From the human T2T-CHM13v2.0 reference genome, Homo sapiens, in assembly GCF_009914755.1 (NCBI RefSeq), contig NC_060932.1: a stretch of 64,000 bases of DNA; one strand, 5' to 3'. A program made the position numbers and the translations under genes. The notes beneath the pieces are model-generated. The model was not told the DNA's origin, ran no database searches, and saw nothing but the letters and a program-made list of their open reading frames with translations. Positions within the stretch are counted from its first letter, which is position 1, and each line of letters starts with the position of its first letter. Positions 40,700 to 54,990 of this stretch are shown here, piece after piece.

Positions 40700-41320
40700 A
40701 TTAAGGCACAAAACCAGTGAGGGATTTTAAATTTCAATGTAAAAGAGAAACAAATGGGACCCCAAAGATAATAGAAAGGTCAAAGGAAATAAGAGGTTTC
40801 TGAAATGTAATTATTGTTCTCAGAGAGCTGAGAAAACATTGCATTGACAAAATAAGTACAGAATGTCATGAGGAAAATAATCACCGAACAAGAAAGAACT
40901 CGTAGAACACACACACACACACACACACACCCAGAATCAATAAAAGCTTGGAAGATAAACCTGAAGATATCTTTCAGAATAGAGAAAAATAAGAAAAGAT
41001 AACCATCTAATTTCCAGTTTGTCCATTGTTCAACATCCAGTTGGAGCCCCAGAAAAAGTGAAGAAGAAAAATGAGAGAAAATTAGTAAGAGAATAATAGA
41101 GAACGAATGAAAAAACAAAGCCCACAGCTGAACATAATACAGGGAAATTTCAGAACTCAAAAGAAAAAAACAATATCCTAAAGGGTTCCAAAGAAAAAGT
41201 ACAAGTTATCTGCAAGGGAAGGAGAGTGGACTGGTAACAGATTTATCATCAGCAACACTGCACATCAAAAGTCAATGGAGCAATGTCTTCAAAGCTCTGA
41301 AGGAAAATAAGTTGGTTAAC
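40700..41320 (+). mobile_element. HAL1/ancient L1 ORF1-like relic
   Basis: 'cagatttatcatcagcaacactgcacatcaaaagtcaatggagcaatgtcttcaaagctctgaaggaaaat' is a typical ORF1 C-terminal phrase. Confidence 0.6.
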
Positions 41321-41640
41321 TTATCAAATCGGTGTTATCATTTTTGGTACCTGGAGAGTCAGGTACACATAACAGAGGCAGACGGTGAGAGGAGCTACAG
41401 GAAATAATGCAGGGCCAAGATCCTCACCTTCTAAGTCAGGGACCAAGTGATGCCACCTCTGGGTAATGAAGGAAGATATAAAATAGAAATATACTATTAA
41501 GTTACTTAAATAGAGGAACTAAAAATGCGATGCAACCATATTGAGCAAACTGACAGTTTCCAAAACTGATATACCAGGAAATAACTGTAAGCATAAAATT
41601 TTCAGATACAATGATAACATCAGAAAAGGCAGTTATATAG

Positions 41641-41960
41641 GCTGGATGCAGTGGCTCATGCCTAAAATTCCAGCACTTTGGGAGGCTGAGGCCAGTGAAT
41701 CACCTGAGGTCAGGAGTTCAAGACCAGCCTGCCCTACATGGTGAAACCCCGTCTCTACTAAAAATACAAAAATTAGCTGGGTGTGGTGGCACACACCTGT
41801 AGTCCCAGCTACTCAGGAGGCTGAGACAGGATAATCACTTGAACCTGGGAGGCGGCAGTTGCAGTGAGCCAAGATCCCGCCACTGCATTGCAGCCTGGGT
41901 GACAGAGGGAGACTCTGTCTCAAAAAAAGATAAAGGAAAGAAAAGAAGAAAGAAAGAAAT
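41641..41960 (+). mobile_element. Alu (Sx/Sz-like)
   Basis: Full dimer with GA-rich tail. Confidence 0.96.
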
Positions 41961-41961
41961 G

Positions 41962-42278
41962 AGCCGGGCGTGGTGGCTCATGCCTGTAATCCCAGCATTT
42001 AGGGACGCCGAGCGGGGGTGAATCACGTGGTCAGGAGATCGAGACCATCCTAGCCAACATGGTGAAACCTTGTCTCTACTAAAAATACAAAAATTAGCCG
42101 GGCGTGGTGCTGAGCGCCTGTAGTTCCCACTAGTCAGGAGGCTGAGGCAGGAAAATAGCTTGAACCCAGGAGGCAGAGTTTGAAATGAGCCGAGATCGCG
42201 CCATTGCACTCCAGCCTGGGTGACAGAGCAAGACTCTGTTTCAAAAAAATTAAAAAAAAGAAAAGAAAAGAAAAAGAA
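41962..42278 (+). mobile_element. AluSc-like, tandem in the tail of the preceding Alu
   Basis: 'ggtcaggagatcgagaccatcctagccaacatgg'. Retains many CpGs. The outer 'cagttata' duplication encloses both Alus. Confidence 0.95.
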
Positions 42279-43099
42279 GGGTCAGTTATAGGAGTTAAAA
42301 GCAGCTCTCTAAGGGGGACCATCAATATCAAATGGAGGCAACTGCCTACAAAAGAGAACCAGGAATGTTTGTTGTGATGCAGGCGAAGGAGGTAGAGTTT
42401 GAAGAAAGAAAATGACAAACTATCAGATGCAGTAAGAGAGGTCCACTTTAAAGGGCTATAACTCCCAAACTTTTCGAGATTTCACGTGCTTCCCATAGTA
42501 CTTTCTGACCTATTTGAAGCATATCCAATACACTGAAGCATAATTCCGATATATTTAGAAAAAAATAAACAAACAAAAAAACAAGAACTTGACACTGGCT
42601 CAACTGGAAACACCTGTGAGCATCAAAGCACATCTCTGTGGTTACAATGCTGTTTATTGCTCCCAACTATACATCTTCAGACTTCACTTAGCATGTTACG
42701 GGTGGTTAGGTTCCAGGATTATTGAGATCTATTTCTACTCACAATTGCTTATAAAATGAAATCTATCGTCACCTTAATTGCCTGTGCCTAAAAATATAGC
42801 ATGCTTGTCTTGTGGGAAATATTCAGCCTGGTATGTGAGTGACTGAAATGCAACTCCGTGGAAACACCCCAACTCCACACATTCATCCCCTTGGTAACTC
42901 AGCACAGTCACAGAAACTGAAGAAGTAAAATGATCCTCTTTATTTGGCTTCTCGAGTCCCATTTTTAAAACAGCCATCAGGAACCGGCATTCTGTGGTGT
43001 GTTTTTTTACCCTCGAAGATAAGAACGATAACACTGAAAGTTGTGATGACAAGCGCAAGCAACATTTGCATTAACAAACAACATAAAAAGGATGATTTT

Positions 43100-43409
<310 letters not shown>

Positions 43410-44229
43410 TTATTATGGAACAAAATCCTACTTTAACATCTGTTCCTTTTATTTTAAAGGGGGAAATAATGGATGACAATCAGTGATAATGAAATCCAAT
43501 GGATTTGGCTTTGGCATCAATTCAGAGTCAATATTCAGTGTCACGGCACCACGGCAACCAAGACTGCTGACCAATAGTGTTGTGCTCTAGTCAATTTAAT
43601 GAGTTGGCACAATCAGAACACAGCATTATTGGGACTGTTCTGTATGCAAGCTTCTATCTGCTGCAAGCAGGCACAAGCTATAATAGATTCTCCTTTTTTT
43701 TTTCTCTCCTAGGATAATTTCTCCAGTGCCAACACCCAGAGCTTCCAGAGTCATATTAATGCACCATGTATCTTGAAGCAAATTTAATCTCAGAAAGACC
43801 TAGCAATTTTCAGGTCAACAGACATTAAAGTACAACAGGATGAAGTTTCCAGATGTAAACTAAAATTGAACCCGGTGTAGACATTTAAAGTAAATCAGAT
43901 ACAAAGTTAGAGACACCTGTAGGCAGGTGTGCTATAAACAAACCACACCACTGCAGATGAGAAGGATCATACTCTCTGCCCAGCCAAAAAAAAAAAAAAA
44001 AGTCTTCAACCTCAACTGGAACATCCTTCAGAGAAGAAAAGCAAAATTCAATCTTGGGAACATATTCTAAAATGCTTTATTCAGGTGAAAAGGGATTGGC
44101 ATCACTGTTGAGGTGCCTGGAATTTCCCTTGCACCCCAGATCCAATTCTGTAAATTTAGTTGCCTCTTCTAGACACATCAGGAAACCACTGAGCTGTCAC
44201 AACCTCATCCTACCCAGAATCTCCTGGTC

Positions 44230-44910
44230 TACCCGGAATCCCTGTCTACCCATAATTCCCTTGTCCTTGATCTCTTGCCTTAAAACTGTAGTTGCCTCCT
44301 CACTACTATTCCTCTTTTCTATATTTGTCTCTCTTCAGACTATTATATGGCAGCAGAGGGATCCTTGCAAAACTAAAGTCAGATTTTGTTATGTTCCAGC
44401 TCCAGACTCTCCAACGTCTCCCATTCAATACATCCCAAATCCTGGACCAGGGCCTCCAGGCCCCTAAAAGACCCTGCACCCAGCCTCATTTCCCACCTCA
44501 AAGCCCCCACACTTCCCCTGCTGCCTTGTTAGCCACACAGGCCTATTCGTTGTTTTGGGGACACACCAGCATTTGTACTTTCTCTTTTTCTGGGACATTC
44601 TTCCCCTAAGTATCCACAAGGCCTATTCCTGTATTTTATTCAGGCTTTGCTCAAAGGTCATCTCACTAACTTCCTCTTGACCATTCTACCCAAACAGCAC
44701 CCCCTGTCAACTCTGTTTCCTTTCCTTGCTTTATTTTTCTTCTTGCCACTTCTTCATACCTATCATGTTATTATAAAGCTCTTTGTTTGTTGTCAATCTC
44801 CTATCCTGAAACATAAACCCCATGAGGAAGGAACTTCGTTTGTTCACCACGCCATTCTTCTCAGTACATACAACAGTATCTCACACGTGGTAGCTTTTCA
44901 AGAAACTTGT
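44230..44910 (+). mobile_element. L2 3' portion
   Basis: 'gcagcagagggatccttgcaaaactaaagtcagat', 'gctcaaaggtcatctc', 'taaaccccatgaggaaggaac..tttgttcacc'. Confidence 0.75.
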
Positions 44911-46129
44911 GATACTGTTTGAAACCATATCAAAAGGTGCCTAGCAATAAATCTAACAAAAGACATGTAAAAATGAAAACATAAACAAGTAAACAAATAC
45001 AGTCCCAACTCTAATAATAAATGCCTTTCTGATTTTAGTAACGTCACTCATCTCATCTCTTGGACAAGGAAATTGTACTGCATGGCTGCTTTTGTCTCAT
45101 CTCATTCTAAAATTCTACTATTTCCTGAATCAGCTGATCACCACCACAGAATGTTGTGAAGCTACCATTTGATGAATGTTTATCATGTTTACTACAAGTG
45201 TTATTAACAGCTCAAGTATACATTTAAGCTACCTTTTGGCACACTTTTACATTCACTTTGGGTTTTTTTGTGGATTCATGGCTCTTTAACATATCCAATG
45301 TGATTTGATTGCCAGTATCATGTTTTACATTTCAGCCATTCCTCCAAAGTAGGAACCCTCTTCATGGCTGGAACTTGGCTCTTTGCCCTTCTTAACACTA
45401 TTTTAGAAACTTCTTCTTTACAGTTAGGGATTTAAGGGTCCCTATAGTTGAGAAAGTTATACTATTAGGGTTTCCAGGAGATTTCTGAACATTCTTGAAA
45501 AGGGTATGTTAATACAGAAAAAGTATCTATGGATTTGGAAAGCTAATTAACATAAATCGAAATTATATCCTGTATTTTATATCATGTGGGTTTAATCTAG
45601 ATGTTTACTTTTTAAACTTAAAAGACTTATTTTTTGCTTCCAAAAGTAAAAACTATTCTTAGAAAATGCACTACTCAACTACTGACTCAACGCTTAAACT
45701 ATTAGTGTCATGGGTTATCCAAGAGAGAAAAATTCTTTTCACACTGACATTTAATTTAGAGATTTAAATAGAATACTGAACAAGTTTTAAATCCAGTTAT
45801 TAAAAAAATGGTTTCAGGGATGAGGCCATTACCTACACGTCATCAACATTCTTGGGAAGATATTTTGCAAAGAGGTATTTTTTCCATGAAACAATTTATA
45901 TAAAGGAATTTTTCTCATTATTAGCTAAACTGGAAATATTCTGAACATAATTTGAACTTTCCCAAAGGAAGATCATTTCCAAATATTTGATGTTCCTTGA
46001 ACTACATGCATAGGTAAACAGTTCTATTTCAAAGCAACTGTGGCTTTCACAACAAAAAAGCTTAATTTTTATTCCTCAGGGAACTTCAGAATGAAATTAA
46101 ACATTTCAATGCTCTATTTTAACAACAAA

Positions 46130-48335
46130 GATGGTATCTGAAATGGAAATTACAAACTAATGTCTCTCATGAACATGGATACAAAGCCCCACAATTTTAG
46201 CAAACCAAATCCAGTAATATATATCATGACCAAGTTGATTATAATTTTTTCAATAAATGCAGAAAATATAGCTGATAAAATTGAACATCCATGATTTAAA
46301 ACTCTTAGAGAAGTAAGAAGAGAAGGTCACTTCTTTCCCATTAGATTATCTACCATACAAAAATACTACCGCAAACATCATACTTAAATGCTGACAATTT
46401 CCATTTGAAATCAGAAGCAAGACAAAGATGCCTACCATCCGCACTTCTATTCAACATTCAACATCAAATTAAAACCTAGCCAGTGTATTAAGGCATAAGT
46501 AAATAAATGGTACAAGGATTGGAAAGGAAGAAACAACTGTCGTTATTCAGAAATGATATGATATCCAAATACATTCACAGATAAGCTGTTAGAATAGTAG
46601 AGTTCAGCAATGTAGGGAAACCAATTAGCAATGTAGAAAAACTAAATTTCTATGTATATAAAAGCAAACCGAAAATGAAATCCAAAAAAAAGATACCATC
46701 TGAAACTGTATCAAAAAGTGCCTAGCAATAAATCTAACAAAAGACATGCAGAAACCTCTGAGGAAGAAAACAATAAAACTTCAGTAGAGAAAGACAACAT
46801 TGTAAAGATGTTGGTTCTCTCCAAATGAACTTATAGAATCAATACAATGCCAATAAAAACCCCAAGACTTTATGTGAGGTGGTGTGGAACTTGACTAAGT
46901 TGATTGTAAAATTGCATATGGAAATGCAAAGGGCCAACTATAATTAAGACTCTCTTGAAGTACCAGGCTGTTCTCTCAGATATTAAGACTCACTTAAGAA
47001 GACGCAGTAATTAAACCAGTGTGCTACTGGTATAGAATAGACAAACGGCACTGACTAGAACACTTGGAAATAGACCCCCACTTATAAACATTTTTGGTAT
47101 GTTGCATAGGTAGTAAGTAGAATGTAACCTGCACGGACCTTGGGGGACTGAACAAAGAGGGTGAAGTGGTTTCACTAAATGGAACTAGAGTATCCAAATA
47201 AAAAAATTCATTTCAATCTTTACCTCACACCACACATAATAATTTCAGATGGACTTTAAGCTTAAAGACTGCAAGATTAAACTCTAAAGCTTTTAAAATT
47301 TAATTTATAAAATATATTCATGACCTTGAGCTAGGAAAGGACTTCTTTAAAAAGGCACAAAAGGCAACAACCTTATGAAGTGGCTGACGAATATGACTAC
47401 ATCAAAATTAAAAACTTTCTGTTTATTAAGAACCACCATAAAGAGAGTTAAAAGACATGCCACAGAGTAGGAAAGAGATCAGTCACATGTATAACCAACA
47501 GAAGACTTCGATCCTGAAAGCATAAGAATTCTGCAAACAATTCAATAGATACACAACACGATGGAAAAATGACCCACTTCACACACACAAGGGGAAATCC
47601 GTGTGACCACAAACAGGAAAAAGGAATCAACCTTACGAGCAAACAGAGAAAAGCAAAATAAAACCACAAAGAGATATGAATACACACCTTCATTCTGCAA
47701 CAAAACAAAGTATGACACTACTAAGTGCTGACAAAGATGTAACACCACTTGGAACACAGGACAGATGCAGAGATGCGTATTCCAGGAGCCAGCAATTCCA
47801 CTTCTGGGTTGATAGAGAAAGGCATGCTGGTATGCACTGGAATGCAGGCATAGGAATATTCACAGCTGCAAAATCTATATTCCCAAAACTGTTAACAACC
47901 CTAAGGTGGATAAACACACTCATATTTTCATTCAATCAAATACTTCACTATACAGCAGCAAAATCTAAGAAGCCACAGCTACACACAGCAGAATAAATGC
48001 ATCTTACAAACCTAATATAGAACAAAGCAGCAAGACTCAAAAGAACATACAAAGGCTGACTTCATTTATATATAATTCAGTGATAACCATAAATAATTAT
48101 CAAAAGAGTGGTGAGATTTTTTTAAAGCAAGGCAATTATCATAAAAATGAGAAGACTAGGTGTCTGTGGGAGAGGAAAGGAGTGTGATCAGGAAGGGACT
48201 CATGGAAGGTTATGGACAATCTGTCAATCTTCTGTGTTATATAGGTATCTACTTTCAAATTATTCATTAACCTCTACATTTATGGTTTATGAACATTTTT
48301 GTACATATTTTTGGTCTTATAATGAAAATGACAGA
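46130..48335 (+). mobile_element. Old L1 (L1MD/ME) ORF2-3'UTR relic
   Basis: 'caaaccaaatccag', 'cacttctattcaacatt', 'aatcaatacaatgccaataaaaaccc', 'cagcaattccacttctggg'. Confidence 0.85.
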
Positions 48336-49369
48336 AAACAAACGTGTAAATTTCAGAGCTTGATTTGGACATAGGTTGGATAAGTGCTTCATGACCAACA
48401 AGCACAGGAAGCTAGGAGAATAAGAAACAGATGAAAAATAATGGTGGAGGTTGTTTCCTATGTATGAGTCCCTCTCCGAGGCCCCACCAGGCTCTTCACT
48501 TGCAAGCCCTCTGCTCTATCCCAGATCCTGTGAAAAAATTCAAATCTAACTGTGGCTTATACCTGCTGCTAAAGGCGGCCTTGGCCTGTCCTGCAGCAGG
48601 TGTGATGATTAAGATCCACGTGCAGGCCTTCTCTCCCTTTACAAGGGGAAAACAAGTACATGGCAGAAGGGGCAGGGGGCATACAGAGAATGATTCTTTT
48701 ACCCCTCTGACCTTGTTACTAGAAACTAGCACAAGAACAAGCACAAAGGGAATATGCTGTGAAGCTAATTCTACTGGCAGTGAACCAATAGTGAGGAAGG
48801 CCAGTGGAAGCAGCAGTGATTACAGGGAGAAGAGGAGAAGTCAGTGGGGCCAGGAGGGTAAGAGGTAAGAGGAACACCTGAGCCCAAGCCAGGCCCAGAT
48901 GGGTGGGGAGGGATTGCTATTTCAGCATGCGGCCTGATCATGCCTGCATTTCTCACCCTTGAACCTCTAGAATGCCCTTGACCTTCCCCTATCCTCCACC
49001 GTGGCTTCCACCTTCTCCTACTCCCTCTGGATGGAGCTCCTACCAAGCCTGCACTGAGGCATCACCTGACAAGTATGGGTCCTGGGGGAGGAAAGCTGCT
49101 GTGGTCCCACTCTGAGCACCACCATCCTGCCACCCCCACAGACCCCCCACAGCCAAACCAGAGGCTTGGGCCCTGATGGGCTATATCAAATAGAACCCAG
49201 GCTTAAAGATATTATCTTGAATCTTCAACCTTGAAAAGGCTCTTCATGGTCATTGAAAGCTGACTTGCTTATTTCATAAAAATTCTTCAGGCTAAGGCAA
49301 AGAAGTCATTTTGAAGTGCCCTTTTACATAGAATAGTAATGACTTAGAAACAAAAAAATACTATTTTTG

Positions 49370-50450
49370 CTAGGCAATACCATTCAGGATATAGGCATGG
49401 GCAACTATTTCATAACAAAAATGTCAAAAGCAATTTCATCAAAAGCAAAAACTGACAAATGGGGTTCAATTAAACAGCTTCTGCACAGAAAAAAAAAAAA
49501 AACTACCATCAGAGCAAACAGACAATCTACAGAATGGGGAAAAATTCTGCAACTTATCCATCTGACAAAGGTCTAATATCCAGAGTCTTAAACAAATTTA
49601 CAACAAAAAAATAAACAACCCTATTAAAAAGTAGGCAAAGGACACAGACACTTTTCAAAGAAGACAAGAAACATATGAAGAAAAGCTCAACATCACTTAT
49701 CATTAGAGAAATGCAAACCAAAACCACAATGAGATACCACCTCATGCCAGTCAGAATGGTGATTATTACAGTCAAGAAACAAAAAATACTGGCAAGGCTT
49801 TGGAGAAACAGGAACGCTCTTACACTGGTGGTAGGAATGTAAATTAGTTCAACCATTGTGGATGACAGTGTGATGATTCCTCAAAGATCTAAAACCAGAA
49901 ATATCATTTGACCAAGCAATCCCATTACTGGGTATATACCCAAGGAATATAAATCATTCTATTATAAAGATACATGCACATGTATGTTCATTACAGTACT
50001 ATTCACAATAGCAAAGACATAGAATCAACCCAAATGCCCATCAATGATAGACTGGATAAAGAAAATGTGGTACATACACACCATGGAATACTATGCAGCC
50101 ATAAAAAGAAAGGAGATCATGTCCTTTACAGGGACATGGACGGAGCTAGAAGCCATTAACCTTAGCAAACTAATGCAGGAACAGAAAGGCAAACACTGCA
50201 TATTCTCACTACTAAGTGGGAGTTGAACAATGAGAACATATGGACACAGGGAGGGGAACGACACACAATCGGGTCTGTCAGGAGGGTCAGGGGGAGGGAG
50301 AGCATCAGGAACAATAGCTAAAGCATGTTGGGATTAATACTTAGGTGATGGGTTGACAGGTGCAGCAAACCACTATGACACACATTGACCTATGTAACAA
50401 ACCTGTATATCCTGCACGTGTAACCTGGAACTTAAAAATTTTTTAAATAG
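49370..50450 (+). mobile_element. 5'-truncated primate L1 (about L1PA8-L1PA13), end of ORF2 plus 3' UTR
   Basis: ORF-track fragments LGNTIQDIGMG and DWIKKMWYIHTMEYYAAIK are L1 ORF2p C-terminus. TSD aaaaatactatttt/aaaaatattatttt. Confidence 0.95.
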
Positions 50451-51279
50451 AAAAATATTATTTTCAGCAGAGACAACTGGCAAGTCATGGCTGACCTGGA
50501 GTCGCCTTTACCCACTCCCACTCTATCAGTGCCCACCCATTGCCTCCACATCTGTGTCAAAAGAACCCATTCTGATGGTCACCATCACCGCTCTTGAATA
50601 TGCCTGCTTCCTCCTATTCCCACAGCCCCTGCCTTACTTCAGTTACTCATTCACAAACTACATTGTGACTACCATGGTAGCTTTCTAAGCAGTCTCCACC
50701 TCCACTCAGATCTTTAATCCACCCTTCAAAGTCAGCGGATCCAGCCTCCTAACACAAGTCTGCTCAGATCCCTCTAAGCCTCAAATGTCTTCACTAACTC
50801 CCAGCGACTCATACAGTCTAGCCTTCCTTGCGTAACACTCAAAGGCCTCCAACCTCCCCTTCAGCCCCTCCCCCAGGCATGTCCTCCCCAACCCTAGACT
50901 CCCACCACACTGGCCTCCTCCCTCAGCCACGCACACTCACACACCACGCTGCGGCTGTTTCTGAAGCTGGACGTTCTGTCTCCACGGCTCTCCACACCAC
51001 ACCTACTCCTTCAGATAATCCTTCAGATTTCCACCACTGAGCACTGCCCTGTCCTGACTTGATCCTTCCACTGTCGGTGCTCCCACAGGATACTGCTTTA
51101 AAACTTCAGTTAAAACGCTTCTTTCACTGAACTTAACGCACAGAACATTTCGCAAACTTTTAAAAGAGGAAACCAGGTCATATCACTCCCTACTTTAAAG
51201 GACTTTAAAGACAACCCGTTGATTTTCAAACAAAATCTACGTTTTCTACTTTTTCAATATCCTGAATTACCCATGCTGG

Positions 51280-51470
51280 TTTCCTGTTAGATTAGAATCC
51301 CTCTGGGCACAAAACAAAACAAAATAAAAACAGCCACAAAAATGGATGCCTAGTCCCATCCTCAGAAATTTCAATTTCGTTTTTCTCAGGTGAGGTTCAG
51401 GTATTTTTTTTTTTTTTTTAAAGTTCCTGCAAGATATTTCTAATGGGAAGCCCAGGTTGGGAACCACAGA
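51280..51470. mobile_element. MER5-like hAT-Charlie relic
   Basis: 'attagaatccctctggg...gatgcctagtcccatcctcagaaatt...ttctaatgggaagcccaggttgggaaccac'. Confidence 0.6.
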
Positions 51471-51479
51471 ACTAGGTGA

Positions 51480-51945
51480 CAGGTCCTAACTGTCCTTTGT
51501 AACCTAATTTCCCACCACAGGTTCCTCAGCCACAATGTTCCACATTTTGGCTCCTCGAAGCTGCCCACACTCATTCTTGCCTTGGGGACCTGGAAGAGCG
51601 GCCCTATATGCTTATGCAACCTGTGCAGTGCATCCACAGCACTCACTCCTTTGTGTCCAATCAGAATTCATCTTAAAATCACCTCCTTCAAGAGGCCTTC
51701 TTGGATCATCCAATCGAAAGACGCCCTTGCTCACTCTGTAGCACATTTCATTCTAATTCTCTGCATAGCACTTTTTCTGTAGTATTTCTGTGGTTTTTTA
51801 ATTGGCTACCTTGCCCCATGAGAATGTAAGCCCCATGAAAGCAAAACCTTTATCTGGGTTGTTCAGCACAGTTTCTCAAGCTCCTAGAACAGTGCCAGGC
51901 ACACAGCAGGGATTCAGTAAATATTGGTAGAATAAATGAGTGACA
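51480..51945 (+). mobile_element. L2 3' end
   Basis: 'gaatgtaagccccatgaaagca...cctagaacagtgccaggcacacagcagggattcagtaaatattggtagaataaatga'. Confidence 0.8.
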
Positions 51946-52640
51946 AGTGAGTGAACATATCTAGGTCACTTCCATCATGCTCCATCATGCTGTGCTGTGC
52001 TTTGCATATAAAAGGACCTCAATGAATCCACTGCATTTCAGGGACTGAAAGTGCCCACTATATTACAAATTTGGCCGAAGTTTGAAGGTTACAAGCATCC
52101 TTGCTGAAAAATATCCTTTTCCTACTGTATATAGAGAGAACAGATTATGTATCACTTTACAGACTTTCGAAGTGTTTCTGAAATCCAACTTTCATAAAAC
52201 ACTTTCCACCTTTTTCCAAAATCCAACTTTCGGAAAAGTTCTAAAAGTCAAAAAACACCATAGAAAAAAATTTTAATCTGACTCCCAGATTGAGTAAGTA
52301 AAGGTAAAATAAAGGACTCCCCTCAGTCTCCTCTGGCATAAACTGTCACCTCTCCAGGCAGTGTAGCAGGACTGCCTACTTGGCAGACTACAAAACTAAT
52401 AAAGTCCTCAACTATCATGTAATTTTTAAAAATTAAATCTCTTGACCTATATTTATGACATTCATTCATCTCAGGTAGTTAGAGATATCTTTCCAACTCA
52501 AGATCCTCTGATGATCAATTTTATAAAAATAAACAAGAAGTTCAAAGGATAAATTTGAGAGATAGCCAAGTATTCTCTCCAGCTTCATTGGTTGTACTAC
52601 TGAAAACAGAGCACCTCTATTCTTACATTAAAGAACTTCA

Positions 52641-52949
<309 letters not shown>

Positions 52950-53021
52950 CTAGTCTTTAAATGCCCATTTCTAGTTACCTTGAGTTACATCATCATCAAA
53001 ATATAGTAACAGCTTCCACGT

Positions 53022-53503
53022 TGTAAATAGGATGGCTGGTGGCCTCGAAAAAGATGTATCTGTCTCCTAATCCATAAAACCTTTTGTCTTCTATGGCAAA
53101 AAGAGTGAATATTACCTTGCATGGCAAAAAGATATAATAGAGTTCATTACCTTGAGAGGAGGAATTTATCCTGGATTATCTGGATGGGTCCTAAATGTCA
53201 TCACATGTATTCTTGTAAGAGAGAGGCAGAGGGAGTTTTGACACAGAAGAGGAAGGAGCAATGTGACCATGATCAGAGACTGGAATGATGTGATCTAGAG
53301 CCACCAGGAGCTAAAAGAAACAAAGAATTTGTTCTCTCCTGGAGTCTTCAGAGGAAGCGTGGCCCTGCTGACAACTTCATTTGAATATCTAGTCTTTAGA
53401 ACCATGAGAAAATAAATTTTTTTGTTAAAACCATAAGGTTAAATAAGCTTAAAAGCCTTATGTTTATGGTCATTTGTCACAGCAGCCACAGGAAACCAAC
53501 ACG
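53022..53503 (+). mobile_element. MLT1C/D-like MaLR LTR
   Basis: 'tatcctggattatctggatgggtcctaaatgtcatcaca...agagaggcagaggga', 'gtggccctgctgaca', end 'cagcagccacaggaaac'. Confidence 0.85.
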
Positions 53504-54409
53504 CACACTTAATGGACTGCTTAATATGTGCTACACATTATAAAAAACCTGGTACAATAAATATTAGTTACCAAAAAAGATGTTTCCGTTTCTAAGAAAA
53601 TAGGTTTTTGCATTTTAAATAAGTATAATTAAATATATTCAATCTCCATTTTGCAGGTCAGATCTAAAACAAGGTGCTCCATTCTTGTTAGGATTTGAAG
53701 CCCCTTGCTTGATGTCTCTGTAAGGGAGTTCCCCATCTGAAAATACAAGATTAAAATTCTCAACTCCTTCAGGGTTAAAGGGATAACATAAAAGAGGATA
53801 ACAACAGGCTACCCCTCAACGATTCACGGAGTCTTAGAGCAAAAGCAGCCCTTGATGAGTACTTACAGCCAACCCCCCTTTTTCTAAGGATGAAAAGGCA
53901 AAGGTTCTCAAGGGTGAGGCCCTTGCCATGAGAAAGCCAGGAGACTCCAGGTATGTGGATCCTGGCTCAGAGCCCTCTGCACAGCTCTGTGCTGCCTGCA
54001 GAAGGATAAGATAATATCCCCAATTCACTCATACTCGGGTTTCCTCCCCTCCTAATGCGTGAGTTTTCACTGGTCAATGCAAACACTCAGTCACCTTTAG
54101 GGCTAATGGCAAAACACAGGCTTAGGGCACAGATTGGTTCAACTGAAAAGACTCAAGCCTAGACCTGATGGAGTAAAAAATGGCAAAACAAAAACCCCAG
54201 ATGTCCTGAGCTGATCATGAGCCAGTACTTGCTCAGAACCACATGTACACCAGTACAAAGAGGGAGACTTAGGTGACTGTAAACGTCAATTCTTCCAGCA
54301 GTCGTTAGCCAGGAAAAAGAGTAGAAGGATCAGCCTAGAACCCAACCTAAGTAATAAAAGTCAATCCAAAATATTATGTTAATGAGAGTGAGTCAGGACT
54401 GCCATTTTC

Positions 54410-54990
54410 CACATTTAAGAGGCAGTGTGACAGACAAAGTGTATGATAAAACTCATCATCCACCAGAAATAGAAGGCTACTTCCTTAATCTGATGAAGGG
54501 TATTTACAACAACTCTACCATAGACATTACACTTATTGGGGAAACGTTAAAACTTCTTCTTTTGCGATCTGGATTATAAGGATACCCACTACCATCACTT
54601 TTCTTAAACTCTGTACTCAAGATCTAAGCCTATGCAATAAGGCAAGGAAAATAAATGTGAAAATATAAGAATTAGAAAAGACAAAATTAGAATGTCATTA
54701 TTTACTGATGTGTCTATTTTCTATACGTAGAAAATAGGAAAAATCCAAAATCCAAATGAAAACACATATAAAATATCAGAATTAATAAGAGTTTAACAAC
54801 GTTGTTAGATGTAAAACACAATGTGGAAAAATCAATTCTATTTTAATATAAGCACAAAGAGTTAGAAAATGAAATGTTAAAAAGATACCATTTACTATGT
54901 CATCAAAAATATAAAGTACCTAGAAATGAATTTAATGAAAGATGTATAAAACATAACTATGAAAATGATGTAACTTCACTGAGTTCTCTA
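54410..54990 (+). mobile_element. Old L1 ORF2 fragment
   Basis: 'gaaatagaaggctacttccttaatctgatgaagggtatttac', 'aagtacctagaaatgaatttaatgaaagatgt'. Confidence 0.8.

Noticed and set aside
42773-42787. Possible 15-nt minus-strand microexon with an upstream TGC motif
   Set aside because: Weak donor (gtgacg), short pyrimidine tract and competing upstream AGs.
49367-50226. ORFs with clear protein similarity
   Set aside because: Frameshifted L1 ORF2p C-terminal remnants in a truncated element, not a host gene.
53432-53465. Small hairpin cataagg...ccttatg in the MLT1 LTR
   Set aside because: A 7-bp stem in AT-rich sequence is expected by chance.
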